Positions 7,629 through 16,583 are shown, numbered from the stretch's first letter. The stretch is DNA of 32,000 nt from Candidatus Methylomirabilis oxygeniifera (GCA_000091165.1 FP565575.1:1290001-1322000), one strand, 5' to 3'. Translations and numbers: made by a program. The notes: generated by a model not told the origin, from the letters alone.

Positions 7629-7745
7629 CTCGGCGCACCTCCTCCATATGTTAAAAGCAGTTCCTCCCAGCCCGAAATCGCGACGTTTAACATTGGCGCA
7701 CTGTGGCCTTCACTATTCATTTAGCACCTCCGACCTTTGCCCGCC

Positions 7746-7780
7746 AGCTATCTTTCGGTTCAGTGGAAGCTATCTTTCGG
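7746..7780. repeat. Exact 13-bp direct repeat AGCTATCTTTCGG x2, 22-bp periodicity; candidate regulator-binding site
   Basis: Positions 7746-7758 and 7768-7780 are identical and separated by 9 bp, which is two helical turns start to start. The pair lies 120-150 bp upstream of the kinase start (7628) inside a 370-bp non-coding gap. Confidence 0.45.
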
Positions 7781-7997
7781 ATGGGCCGGAGCACACGCGA
7801 CGTGCAGTGGATGGGTCGTTTCTCTGGGTGTGGGGACCCGACCCTCTCAGGTGACGGACTTTGCGTGGGGTCGGATGTCACGAGGGATTCTCGATGGCGG
7901 GAAGTAGCGGCCTGTTACAGCGTTCGCCTGCCGATCACTTCGTCTTCGCGGAGGGCTTCGGGAACGGTGGCGGGAAGTCAGGTACGATCAAGCACGG

Positions 7998-9077
7998 CTA
8001 CCCCGAATCCGAAGGAACATCAATCGGGGAACCGGACCGGTGGTCCCAGTCGGGTCTTATCCCAATTCTAAGCCCAGTCGCTCGATCGAAAAACCTCATC
8101 GCTTGTTCCTCGATGGCGAATTCGTAACGTCGGTCCTGCAGGAAGGTAACCGTACTATCCGAGGGAATCCTGGCCAGGACATGGGCATTTCCGAACTTCT
8201 CCTCTAAACAGCCGTAAACAATTCGCTCGGCCCCCAGATACTCCACTCGCGTCAGGTTGAGCTGAAAGGACGCCAGCTTACCTTGTCCTCTATAGACCTC
8301 CTTCGGAAAAAGATGCTCGGGACGAAGGCCGATGACAACATCCCCATGCTCAACCAGATTCATGGGAGGCGATCCCAGAAAGCCGGCCACAAAGGTATCA
8401 GCCGGCTCGTCGTAGATCTCTTGAGGCGTACCAAGCTGCCTGACCCTCCCTGCATGCATCAAAGCCATCCGGTCTGCAAGCCCCATGGCCTCCATCTGGT
8501 CATGGGTGACATAGAGGGTAGTGGTCCCGATCCGCCGTTGCAACAGCAGAAGCTCCTCTCGAGCTGCGGTCCGAAGTTTTGCATCAAGGTTGGAGAGGGG
8601 CTCATCGAGGAGAAACACCGCCGGCTCTCGCACCAACGCTCTGGCTAAGGCCACTCGTTGCCGCTCGCCTCCGGACAGTTCACGGGGCCTCCGATTAAGC
8701 AGGTCCTCGATCCCGAACATAGCGGCCGCCCACTCTACTTTCTTCTGGATAGCCTCCCGCCCCATTCCCTGGACCTCGAGAGGAAAGGCGATGTTTTTGA
8801 AGACCGTCATATGGGGGTAGAGGGCATAGCTCTGGAAGACCATGGCTACCTGCCTCGCCTGTGGTGGAAGATCGTTCGCCACCCGTCCTCCTATTCGCAC
8901 CTCCCCACACGTGGGTTGCTCTATGCCGGCAACGATTCGAAGAAGCGTGGACTTTCCGCACCCCGATGGCCCCAGGAGGACAAAGAATTCCCCGTCATTG
9001 ACGAGAAGGTCCACGCCATCCACGGCCCGAACTGCTCCGAACTGTTTTGTGACCCCCTTGATTTCAACCGTTGCCAT
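7998..9077 (-). CDS. Sugar ABC transporter ATP-binding subunit (MalK/UgpC/MsmX type)
   Basis: 359 aa. Walker A is GPSGCGKST, the ABC signature is LSGGERQRVALARAL and Walker B is VFLLDEPLSNLD. It has a C-terminal regulatory (TOBE-like) domain. Confidence 0.93.
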   Translation of the reverse strand: MATVEIKGVTKQFGAVRAVDGVDLLVNDGEFFVLLGPSGCGKSTLLRIVAGIEQPTCGEVRIGGRVANDLPPQARQVAMVFQSYALYPHMTVFKNIAFPLEVQGMGREAIQKKVEWAAAMFGIEDLLNRRPRELSGGERQRVALARALVREPAVFLLDEPLSNLDAKLRTAAREELLLLQRRIGTTTLYVTHDQMEAMGLADRMALMHAGRVRQLGTPQEIYDEPADTFVAGFLGSPPMNLVEHGDVVIGLRPEHLFPKEVYRGQGKLASFQLNLTRVEYLGAERIVYGCLEEKFGNAHVLARIPSDSTVTFLQDRRYEFAIEEQAMRFFDRATGLRIGIRPDWDHRSGSPIDVPSDSG

Positions 9078-9115
9078 ACCCTACTCACCCAATACTGTGA
9101 GCCTGTTTCTCAATT

Positions 9116-9952
9116 CTACCCCTTCACTGAACCGGCCGTGAGACCGGAAACAATACGGCGTTGGAAGAAGAGGACGAGAAGGATCAATGGCGTGGTGACA
9201 ACGATCGTGGCGGCCGCCATCTCTCCCCAGGGAACCTCGTGGAGGCCCGGAAAGAGGGCGATGGCCACAGGGATCGTCCGCATCGCCTCACTTGAGGTGA
9301 AGGTCAGCGCATAGAGGAATTCATTCCAGGCAAAGATAAAGACCAGTATGGCGGCGGTCCCGATCCCCGGCGCCGCGAGGGGGAGGAAGATCCGAACGAA
9401 GACCTGAAACGGTGTGCAACCGTCTACCAGAGCCGCCAGGTACAGCTCGTCGGGGATCTCCCTGAAGACGCTCCACAGGATCCAGATGGCAAGGGGGAGG
9501 GCAAAGGTGGTATAGGGGACAACGAGCCCGGCGTAGGTATCCCGCAATCCCAGGGTTCGGATGATCAGATAGAGGGGACTCACCGCGGCAATAGGAGGGA
9601 ACATGGAGATGGAAAGGACCATGAAGAGTAGGAGGTTTCTTCCTCGGAACTGAAGCTTGGCAATGGCGAACGCAGCAAGGGAGCCGATGGAGAGGCAGGA
9701 CACGGTGGTCAGGGAGGCAACAATCACACTGTTCAGGATAAATCGACCGAATGGGCGGTCTTGAAAGATAGCGAGGTAATGATCGAGGACCGGCCTTGTC
9801 GGAAAGAGCGGCGGCAGACTACTGATCTCGGACGTGGGTTTAAGCGATGTGAGCAGTTGCCACAGGAAGGGTAAGAGGCAGAAGGTAGCCAACCCTGTTA
9901 AGAGGGCCCAAAAGATCGACCGTCTTGCGACCCGCTTTGTCCGGCTACCCAT
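9116..9952 (-). CDS. Sugar ABC transporter permease (MalG-like)
   Basis: 278-aa polytopic ORF with a binding-protein-dependent transport EAA-type loop (LYLAALVDGCTPFQVFVRIFLPL). It overlaps the upstream permease gene by 8 nt. Confidence 0.9.
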   Translation of the reverse strand: MGSRTKRVARRSIFWALLTGLATFCLLPFLWQLLTSLKPTSEISSLPPLFPTRPVLDHYLAIFQDRPFGRFILNSVIVASLTTVSCLSIGSLAAFAIAKLQFRGRNLLLFMVLSISMFPPIAAVSPLYLIIRTLGLRDTYAGLVVPYTTFALPLAIWILWSVFREIPDELYLAALVDGCTPFQVFVRIFLPLAAPGIGTAAILVFIFAWNEFLYALTFTSSEAMRTIPVAIALFPGLHEVPWGEMAAATIVVTTPLILLVLFFQRRIVSGLTAGSVKG

Positions 9953-10820
9953 GATGCTGCCTCCTCAAGAGGAGGATGCACAGAGTGCTGATGAGCAGGA
10001 CGGTGAGAAACGTCGCCACGGCCACCGTAGAGCCGTAGCCGAACTGAAGGGTCTGGAAAAGGAGCTTGTAGGCGTAGAGGCTTAATGTCTCGGTGGTGTT
10101 GGCCGGTCCGCCTCCCGTCAGTACATAGACCAGATCGAAGAGCCGGAAGGCATCGAGCGTTCTGAAGAGGAGGGCGATCAGGATAAAGGGCAACAGAAGA
10201 GGAAAGGTGATCCGCCGGAAGATCTGCCACCGGCTTGCGCCGTCAACTCTCGCCGCCTCATACACCTCCTCAGGAATCATCTGGAGGCCGGCCAACAGGA
10301 TGAGGGCCGCAAAGGGACTGGTCTTCCAGACGTCGGCCAGGATGAGCGAATGCATGGCCAGGACGCGATCCCCAAGCCAATTGAGTGGGGAGGACAGCAA
10401 GCCTGTCTGCTGCAGAAGGTAATTCAGCAGGCCGAAGTCGGGGTTCAAGATCCATTCCCACATCCTGGCCGAGACCACGGTGGGGATAGCCCAGGGGATG
10501 AGCACGACAGCCCTGAACAAGCCCCGTCCTCGAAAAGACCCATGAAGGAGTATGGCCAGGAGAAGACCGACAGTCAGCTCCAGGGAGACGGAGAGTAGGG
10601 AGAAGTATGCGGTATTCAGGAAGCTCTGCCAAAAGCGAGGGTCTTGGATGAGAAAGCGGTAGTTGTCGAGACCCACGAAGTACGAGATGCCGAACACAGG
10701 CATCCTCCGATCGAGACTGATCCTGAAGGCATTCAGGATCGGGAAGATGGCCACAGCCCCGATCAACAGGCAGGCCGGCAGAATCATAAGCAAGGCCGGC
10801 CTGATCTCGTCCTTTCTCAT
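9945..10820 (-). CDS. Sugar ABC transporter permease (MalF/UgpA-like)
   Basis: 291-aa polytopic ORF with the EAA loop EVYEAARVDGASRWQIFRRITFPLL. It overlaps the binding-protein gene stop by 4 nt (ATGA-type). Confidence 0.9.
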   Translation of the reverse strand: MRKDEIRPALLMILPACLLIGAVAIFPILNAFRISLDRRMPVFGISYFVGLDNYRFLIQDPRFWQSFLNTAYFSLLSVSLELTVGLLLAILLHGSFRGRGLFRAVVLIPWAIPTVVSARMWEWILNPDFGLLNYLLQQTGLLSSPLNWLGDRVLAMHSLILADVWKTSPFAALILLAGLQMIPEEVYEAARVDGASRWQIFRRITFPLLLPFILIALLFRTLDAFRLFDLVYVLTGGGPANTTETLSLYAYKLLFQTLQFGYGSTVAVATFLTVLLISTLCILLLRRQHHG

Positions 10821-12112
10821 TCCACCTCCAGCTTCAAGATGTGCTCGATGAGTCGGGAGGCGTCCTCCAGAGCCCGCTCAGGCGGTTTCACCCCCATGAT
10901 GGCCGCGCTCAGCTCCGGTTGGAGGAGTTGGGAGATCATGAGGTAGAAGGGAGTGACAGGCCTGGGACGCGCCCGGCGCATCGCCTCGTACAGAGGCGGG
11001 ATAAAGGGGTTCGCCATTTTGAGCTCTGCATCGTGATAGAGGGGATCACGCGCCGGTGGAAACCCGAGCTCGATTGCCAGAACCTTCTGAGCGGCCTGAC
11101 TGGTCAGGAACTCGACGAGTCTCCGGGCGGGGTCCGGACGTGTTGAGAAACGGTTGACCCCGAGCAACCAGCCGCCCAGTGTCGGAGCACTTTGATACCC
11201 CTCAAAGGAAGGGAGCGGGGCAATGCCGACCCTCCCTCGTACCTTGGAACCTTTATGCCCGTATAGCGCCAAGGCGTAGGGCCAGTTCCGCATGAAAATC
11301 GCTCGGCCGGCTCCGAAGAGGTGACGGGTCGCCTCCTCATCCGCCGATGTCACAAGGGGCGGAGAGACTTTGTTGACAGCAATGAGGTCATGCATCAACT
11401 GGAGAGCCTCAACAGCCTGCTTATCCCGAAGGGCCGACCGGCGCCCATCCAGAACACTACCCCCATTTCCGTGGATGAACTCCAGAGCGACACAGATCAA
11501 CCCTTCATATTGCTTCCCCTGCCAGACGAACCCCTTCAGATCAGGATCCTGTTCCCCTTCCAGGATGGCCCTCGCCTGTCGGGACAGCTCCTTGAAGGTT
11601 CGGGGAGGCGCGAATCCATACTTCGAGAGCAAGTCCTTTCGGAAGTAGAGGATTCCAGCGTTCGCGAACCAGGGGACAGCATAGATTTGATCTTTATAGG
11701 TTGCGGCTTCAACAGGGCCTGGCAGAAACTCCGCTAATCCCTTGACCCCTAATCCCGGCGTGAGATCCAGGAGCCACCCCGCTCTGGCGAACTCCTGGAT
11801 CCAGATGACGTCCAGCGCAAACACGTCAAAGGCCGCGGACTTGCCCTCGAGGGCTGTCACGTAGAACTGATGCTGCTGGTCCGTAGAGGTGGGGAGGACC
11901 TCCTCGATCACCTTAACCCCAGGGTTCTGCCGCTCAAACGCCTCGATCAGCCCGGAAAGGGCTTCAGGAGATGGGACCTTAAAATGGGCGAACACGATCC
12001 TCGCTCCGCCCTCTACGTCCGTCATGCCCCCTTCCCTGGCGCACCCGGCAAGGATGGAGAGGACAATGATGAAGAACGCTCCACATCCCGGCCTAGAGAT
12101 GGGAGATCTCAT
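10817..12112 (-). CDS. Extracellular solute-binding lipoprotein of the sugar ABC transporter (family 1)
   Basis: I prefer the internal ATG at 12112 (GGAGGAG RBS) to the 467-aa track ORF. The N-terminus MRSPISRPGCGAFFIIVLSILAGC has the lipobox LAGC. The rest has the length and composition of a family-1 sugar-binding protein. Substrate specificity cannot be read from the sequence. Confidence 0.82.
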   Translation of the reverse strand: MRSPISRPGCGAFFIIVLSILAGCAREGGMTDVEGGARIVFAHFKVPSPEALSGLIEAFERQNPGVKVIEEVLPTSTDQQHQFYVTALEGKSAAFDVFALDVIWIQEFARAGWLLDLTPGLGVKGLAEFLPGPVEAATYKDQIYAVPWFANAGILYFRKDLLSKYGFAPPRTFKELSRQARAILEGEQDPDLKGFVWQGKQYEGLICVALEFIHGNGGSVLDGRRSALRDKQAVEALQLMHDLIAVNKVSPPLVTSADEEATRHLFGAGRAIFMRNWPYALALYGHKGSKVRGRVGIAPLPSFEGYQSAPTLGGWLLGVNRFSTRPDPARRLVEFLTSQAAQKVLAIELGFPPARDPLYHDAELKMANPFIPPLYEAMRRARPRPVTPFYLMISQLLQPELSAAIMGVKPPERALEDASRLIEHILKLEVE

Positions 12113-12800
12113 CCTTCTCCTCCTGATCCTTCTCGCTGCGGAGGCGGCGTTCGAGCAGTTCCCTGGCCAGGTCCCTCCCGCCCAGGCCAAAGGCCAGCGC
12201 CAGGGCGAGCACGACGCCACCGAAGGCGATCGAGAAGGCCGCCACCACCATCTCTTTGGCGATCCCTAATTGGGTGAGGACCGTCGCCGCAGTGAAGATC
12301 AGGACGCCCCACCGAATCAGGGTGGCGATGAAGTGTGCCCCCCGAAGTTGAGCATTGACGGCCGCAATCAGGGCCCCTTGGGCCAAAAAGATGGCGAGCA
12401 GCCATCCGGCCCAGAGGAGGAGAAGGGCGGTCAGGAGTTGGGGTAAGAAGTCCAGAGCGCCTGTGGTAATTCGAGTGGCCGCCGGCAGGTTCAAGGCGTC
12501 GATCCCCATGAAGGTAAACACAAGAAAGACGGCCCAGAAGCTCAGGCGGCCGACAAGGTAGGAGCAGGGTCGTCTCACCCCTGCCTTGGTCAGAGACTGG
12601 CTCAACCCCCATCGCTCACAGAGCGGATCGAACTTTACAGCCAACAGGATCCGGTGGAGGAGACTTTTCACGATCCACCCCGCCACGAGGCCGATGACGA
12701 CGAGAGTCAGCATAGCCAGGATGTTGGGCAGAAAGAGGGTCAGCCGCTGACCGGTATTTCGAACGGCATCGAGTATCGCCTCTTGCCATAGCTCATTCAT
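12093..12800 (-). CDS. Membrane protein with conserved TM-helix repeats (MscS N-terminal-like); lacks an MscS beta-domain
   Basis: 235 aa. It has repeated segments of the type FLPNILAMLTLVVIGLVAGWIVK / DFLPQLLTALLLLWAGWLLAIFLAQ / ATLIRWGVLIFTAATVLTQLGI and an acidic C-terminal tail (EKDQEEKDEISHL). The pattern matches what I recall of the 'conserved TM helix' repeat found in mechanosensitive-channel relatives. Confidence 0.6.
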   Translation of the reverse strand: MNELWQEAILDAVRNTGQRLTLFLPNILAMLTLVVIGLVAGWIVKSLLHRILLAVKFDPLCERWGLSQSLTKAGVRRPCSYLVGRLSFWAVFLVFTFMGIDALNLPAATRITTGALDFLPQLLTALLLLWAGWLLAIFLAQGALIAAVNAQLRGAHFIATLIRWGVLIFTAATVLTQLGIAKEMVVAAFSIAFGGVVLALALAFGLGGRDLARELLERRLRSEKDQEEKDEISHL

Positions 12801-12804
12801 GGTT

Positions 12805-14058
12805 TTACCTCCAACGCGCCACCAGATACGGCTTCATCGCTTCGAACCGTTCAGCCATCGTTTCGATGACCCCTTCGACCTGCTGATGACCGCTCTCTTG
12901 CGTCTCCAGGACGAAAGAGGCGGTTCTGCCGAGGTAGAGCGGGGTCAGGGCCTTGAGCAGATGCTCAAGATGCATGACCCGATGATGGTAGGCCAGCGCG
13001 AAATCGTACACGACAGCGACCCAGACATCCATCGGAAACCGGAACTCCTCCGTCTCCAATGGAGCGATGACCAGCAGTTCGGCCAAGGTCTCCGGGGCCA
13101 GAATGATCTCCCAGATAGGTAATAGGTCGCGAACGCCCTGCTCAAAGGCGCTCACCATCCGTTCTACGTTCACCGAGACATGCTCCACTTCCACCTCGCG
13201 TGACGGTCCGAAGATGGGGACAGGATTCGATCCTTGCGTCGCCTGCCACACGCCCTGGTACTCCTCCATGAGGCTGAAAAGGGAGCCCACCACCTGCACC
13301 AGCATCCCGGCGAGATGCTGCCCCGGATCTTTGTGCTCGTGAATCTTGGCCCCGAGGAACGCCTGGCAGATCCGGTATCGCTCGGCGGCCGCGGTGACCG
13401 TCATCCAGATATCGATCCCGAAACGGGCCACATCGGTCTCCCATACCTGCTTGGTGAGATACAGGGCGGCCAGCTTCCCTGAAAAGCCGAAGTCGCCACC
13501 GATAGGCTGTCGAATCTGTTGGCCATACAGGGTCCTGGTCAAGGGGTAGACAATACTGTTCGTAATGGTCCCGTCGTACTTGTGCCGATGGTACAGCGGC
13601 GCCACATAATCGAACCCCTCCTCGTAGACGGGTCGGATCAGTCGATCCACCCACTCGGGCGAAATAGAGCGAAGGTCCGAGTCGACGACCGCACAGGCTT
13701 GCACCTGCAGCGCTTCGGCAATCTTGAAGATTGTTCGAAAGGCGCTCCCCTTGCCGGGAATCCCATGATAGGGCGTGATGATCTTGTGGATGGGAGGCAC
13801 GGGATGTTGAACCAGCAGGAGGGAGGGGTCTTCAAGAGCAGCCTCAACAACCTGTGAGGTCCCGTCCTGAGAGCCTCCATCGGAGTTGACAATGACGGAT
13901 CGAGCGCGCGGAAAGTACATGGCGAGTCCGGAGGCAACGGTCTTGACCACGTCCCCGATCGTGGCAGCGTTGTTGTAGCTCGGGATTCCGATCAGGATGT
14001 CGGCCTTCCTGATCTCGTGCAGCCTTTCCAACACGGGTTCATAGAGGAACTGTTCCAC
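12805..14058 (-). CDS. GT-A fold glycosyltransferase (GT2/GT78-like); candidate second glycosylation step or single-step glycosylglycerate synthase
   Basis: The track ORF (517 aa) overlaps the upstream phosphatase gene. There is no ATG near the junction, so I propose GTG at 14058 (GAGGA 9 nt upstream); the start is uncertain. The N-terminal nucleotide-sugar fold reads ILIGIPSYNNAATIGDVV...IVNSDGGSQDGT and the DXD motif is AVVDSDLRSI. A long helical C-terminal domain (about 180 aa) is arranged like what I recall of the Rhodothermus mannosylglycerate synthase architecture. Confidence 0.7.
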   Translation of the reverse strand: MEQFLYEPVLERLHEIRKADILIGIPSYNNAATIGDVVKTVASGLAMYFPRARSVIVNSDGGSQDGTSQVVEAALEDPSLLLVQHPVPPIHKIITPYHGIPGKGSAFRTIFKIAEALQVQACAVVDSDLRSISPEWVDRLIRPVYEEGFDYVAPLYHRHKYDGTITNSIVYPLTRTLYGQQIRQPIGGDFGFSGKLAALYLTKQVWETDVARFGIDIWMTVTAAAERYRICQAFLGAKIHEHKDPGQHLAGMLVQVVGSLFSLMEEYQGVWQATQGSNPVPIFGPSREVEVEHVSVNVERMVSAFEQGVRDLLPIWEIILAPETLAELLVIAPLETEEFRFPMDVWVAVVYDFALAYHHRVMHLEHLLKALTPLYLGRTASFVLETQESGHQQVEGVIETMAERFEAMKPYLVARWR

Positions 14059-14063
14059 CTTCT

Positions 14064-14906
14064 TCAGTCCTCGCGGACGAGCAGCTCCAAGACGGCCGTT
14101 CGCCAGCCGTACGGCCCGATCCCCTGGGCACGGATGAGATTGGGGATCCTGACCGTCTGGTCGTACTTCCCGTCGATCCGTTGGACGAGGATGGGGATAT
14201 CTACAGCCTGAAGCATGGGAAGGTCGTTGTGGCTGTCCCCAATACCTACCGTACGCACCCTTCCAGAGGCCTGCCGAAAAAGCTCGGTCAACGTTGAGAC
14301 CGCTCTCCCCTTGTCGTTGCACCCGGTGAGGTGGTCGAACCTCCCTCCCCGCATACACAGGAAACCCCGCTCCCTCAAAAGCGCTTTCATCCGTTCCGCT
14401 TCTTCTTCCGACTCATCGACAAAGAAGGGTTCGTCGTACTCCCGCTCCTTGGCCAGGCATGCCTTCTTCAAAGGAAGTCCGGTGAGCCGAGCTACTTCTT
14501 CCGCGCTCAGATCCGAAAAGCCCACGGCCTTGACGCCGCTATCCTTCCTTGCCATTTTCAAAGCTGCGACCAGTTGGGAGTAAGGACTACCAGTCTCAAT
14601 AACGTAGTACCCGGCGATCTTTCTCTGGTAAGGATAGGCAAAGGCGAAATACCCTTTAGGAATAAAGGCAGCACCGCCGTTCTCCACAACAAACGGGTGG
14701 CGGTTGTTGAGGGCACGGCGATAGCACTCCACTTCCGCCCTCGTCTTACTCGTACAAAGAACGAGAGGGATCCCTCTCCGCTCGACCTCTTGCAGGGCTT
14801 CCTGGGCCGGATCGAAACTGTACGTCTTATGGTCCAGCAACGTCCCATCCAGATCGGTAAAGATGAGAAGGGGGGGGCTCTGCTCCGGACTATGCGTTAT
14901 CAGCAT
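14064..14906 (-). CDS. Mannosyl/glucosyl-3-phosphoglycerate phosphatase (MPGP/YedP family, HAD-IIB)
   Basis: 280 aa. Motif I is LIFTDLDGTLLD. VLCTSKTRAE, REYDEPF and GIGDSHNDLPML (motif IV) are present, which is the characteristic YedP/MpgP layout. It overlaps the synthase gene by 17 nt. Confidence 0.85.
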   Translation of the reverse strand: MLITHSPEQSPPLLIFTDLDGTLLDHKTYSFDPAQEALQEVERRGIPLVLCTSKTRAEVECYRRALNNRHPFVVENGGAAFIPKGYFAFAYPYQRKIAGYYVIETGSPYSQLVAALKMARKDSGVKAVGFSDLSAEEVARLTGLPLKKACLAKEREYDEPFFVDESEEEAERMKALLRERGFLCMRGGRFDHLTGCNDKGRAVSTLTELFRQASGRVRTVGIGDSHNDLPMLQAVDIPILVQRIDGKYDQTVRIPNLIRAQGIGPYGWRTAVLELLVRED

Positions 14907-16098
14907 CCACCGCCTCCCGAAGCCGGATCAAGAAATCGGGGACCGCTGCCAGGACACGGTTCCAGTTCGGGATCAAAGGGAGACCCAGCGGATCGGCCAG
15001 GAACGTCTCAATCGCCAACTGGATGGCCTTCGCGAAGGCCTCGACGGCCTGCCCTTCCTGATGTTGGTCGTATACCAGCCGGTTGATATACGCGTCATTC
15101 TGGTAGCGGCTCAGCATATCGCGGGCTGTTCTAATATAGGTGATCGGCAGGGTCTTCAGGAGCCCATCGGACAGGAGGGTGCCCTCTTCAGCCAATGTCC
15201 TCAGGATGCTCTTTGTGATATCAATCGCCATCCGCGTCAGACCCTTGGTCGGATCGGTCGCGGACAGATCCTGATGCTTGTGTTCATAGGTATCGGCAAG
15301 GTCGACCTGACAGACCCTGCCTACGGCACAGTTCCGGTAGACCTGGGCCAGCACCCCGACCTCCAGTCCCCAATCCCACGGAATCCTGTTCACCCGGGCA
15401 AGATCGGCAATCATGGCGAATTCTCCGGCTAATGGGTATCTGAAGCTATCGAGGTAGGTCAAGAACGGTTGCGGGCCCAAAATCCGCTGGAGAGCACGGA
15501 TGAGGGGTACCACCAGGAGCCTGACGGCCCGCCCGTGCAGTCGATCGGTTACCCGGCTGTAGTAGCCTTTTGCAAACTCGAACGCCAATCGCGGATTTGC
15601 CACCGGATAACAGAGTCTGGCAAGCAGCTCTCGATGGTAGGTCAAGATGTCGCAATCGTGCAGGGCGATGACGTCGCTTTGGCCACGGGCCAGGACGTAG
15701 CCGAATGTCATCCACGCCGACCTCCCCTTGCCGTCAGGTCCCGCCGAGATACCGCGTTCCTCCAGCAGTTGGTAGAGGGCCTGGATCCTGGGCCCGTCGT
15801 TCCAGAGCAGGAGCGGCGCTTGCGGAAGAGGCGCAAAGAACGCCTTGGCCCGCAGGAACTCCTCTTCGCCGGCCCGTCCAAGACCAACGACGATCTCTCG
15901 CAGATACCGGACCTGGGCCAGTTCATCGACAATCCTGGGTAGCGCCTCCCCCTCCAGTTCAGAGTAGAGGCATGGCAGCACCAAGGCGATAGGTCGATAC
16001 AGCAGCGTTTCTTCCAGCTCCTTCTCAAGCTGCTCCAGGTTTGGTTTGCCGAGTCGATGGAGCGTCGTAATCACACCTGTCTGATGGAAGTCACTCAT
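14890..16098 (-). CDS. gpgS: GT81 glucosyl-3-phosphoglycerate synthase (mannosyl donor not excluded)
   Basis: I prefer the internal ATG at 16098 (GGAGGAAATCGG upstream) to the 436-aa track ORF. The N-terminus reads MSDFHQTGVITTLHRL. The motifs GKGRSAW, IALHDCDI, HGRAVRLLVVPLIRAL, PLAGEFAM, WGLEVGVL and YEHKHQDL parallel the conserved blocks I recall from mycobacterial and other GT81 GpgS enzymes. Confidence 0.8.
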   Translation of the reverse strand: MSDFHQTGVITTLHRLGKPNLEQLEKELEETLLYRPIALVLPCLYSELEGEALPRIVDELAQVRYLREIVVGLGRAGEEEFLRAKAFFAPLPQAPLLLWNDGPRIQALYQLLEERGISAGPDGKGRSAWMTFGYVLARGQSDVIALHDCDILTYHRELLARLCYPVANPRLAFEFAKGYYSRVTDRLHGRAVRLLVVPLIRALQRILGPQPFLTYLDSFRYPLAGEFAMIADLARVNRIPWDWGLEVGVLAQVYRNCAVGRVCQVDLADTYEHKHQDLSATDPTKGLTRMAIDITKSILRTLAEEGTLLSDGLLKTLPITYIRTARDMLSRYQNDAYINRLVYDQHQEGQAVEAFAKAIQLAIETFLADPLGLPLIPNWNRVLAAVPDFLIRLREAVDADNA

Positions 16099-16123
16099 CC
16101 GATTTCCTCCAATTAAACCATCG

Positions 16124-16519
16124 TTACGCTTCGCCGACCTTCTGCTCGATGGCCTTCTTGACCATCTGGACGAGAACCAACATCCCGAAAGGTTTCGCAA
16201 GATAGGCTGTCGCCCCCTTCCCCATGGCTTCCACGCACGTCTCCCGGTCGCCGAAGGCGGTGATGAGGATGACCTGAGCCTCGGGCTGGAGGCGCTTGAT
16301 CTCAGGGAGGATCTCCAGTCCGCTCATGTCGGTCATGATCTTGTCGAGGACGATCACGTCATATGAGGTTCCTCGAATCTCAACAAGCGCCTCTGATCCA
16401 TTCGCAGCCTGAGTGATGCGAAACCCTTCCCTGGTAAGGACGTCCTCAAGAAGCCGGCGCATCTCCTGATCGTCATCCACCACCAGGACCTTCGGCTCGT
16501 ACAATTCGTATAGGTCCAT
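16124..16519 (-). CDS. Stand-alone CheY-like receiver (response regulator without an output domain)
   Basis: I prefer the ATG at 16519 (AGGAGG 8 nt upstream). The 131-aa protein reads KVLVVDDDQEMRRLL...DVIVLDKIMTDMSG...ILITAFGD...AYLAKPF. It has all the receiver hallmarks (acidic pair, phospho-acceptor Asp, T/K). No HTH or enzymatic domain follows. Confidence 0.88.
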   Translation of the reverse strand: MDLYELYEPKVLVVDDDQEMRRLLEDVLTREGFRITQAANGSEALVEIRGTSYDVIVLDKIMTDMSGLEILPEIKRLQPEAQVILITAFGDRETCVEAMGKGATAYLAKPFGMLVLVQMVKKAIEQKVGEA

Positions 16520-16583
16520 TGACCGAACCTCCTGTTGCGCAATAGCCGCTCTCTTTCCATGCATGCTCACACTCGGTTCACAC

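Noticed and set aside
7839-7880. Interleaved complementary segments suggesting an H-type pseudoknot in the 370-bp gap.
   Set aside because: The helices are short (5-7 bp) and the region is GC-rich. With only one copy there is no covariation evidence, and chance complementarity cannot be excluded. I mention it under the gap finding only.
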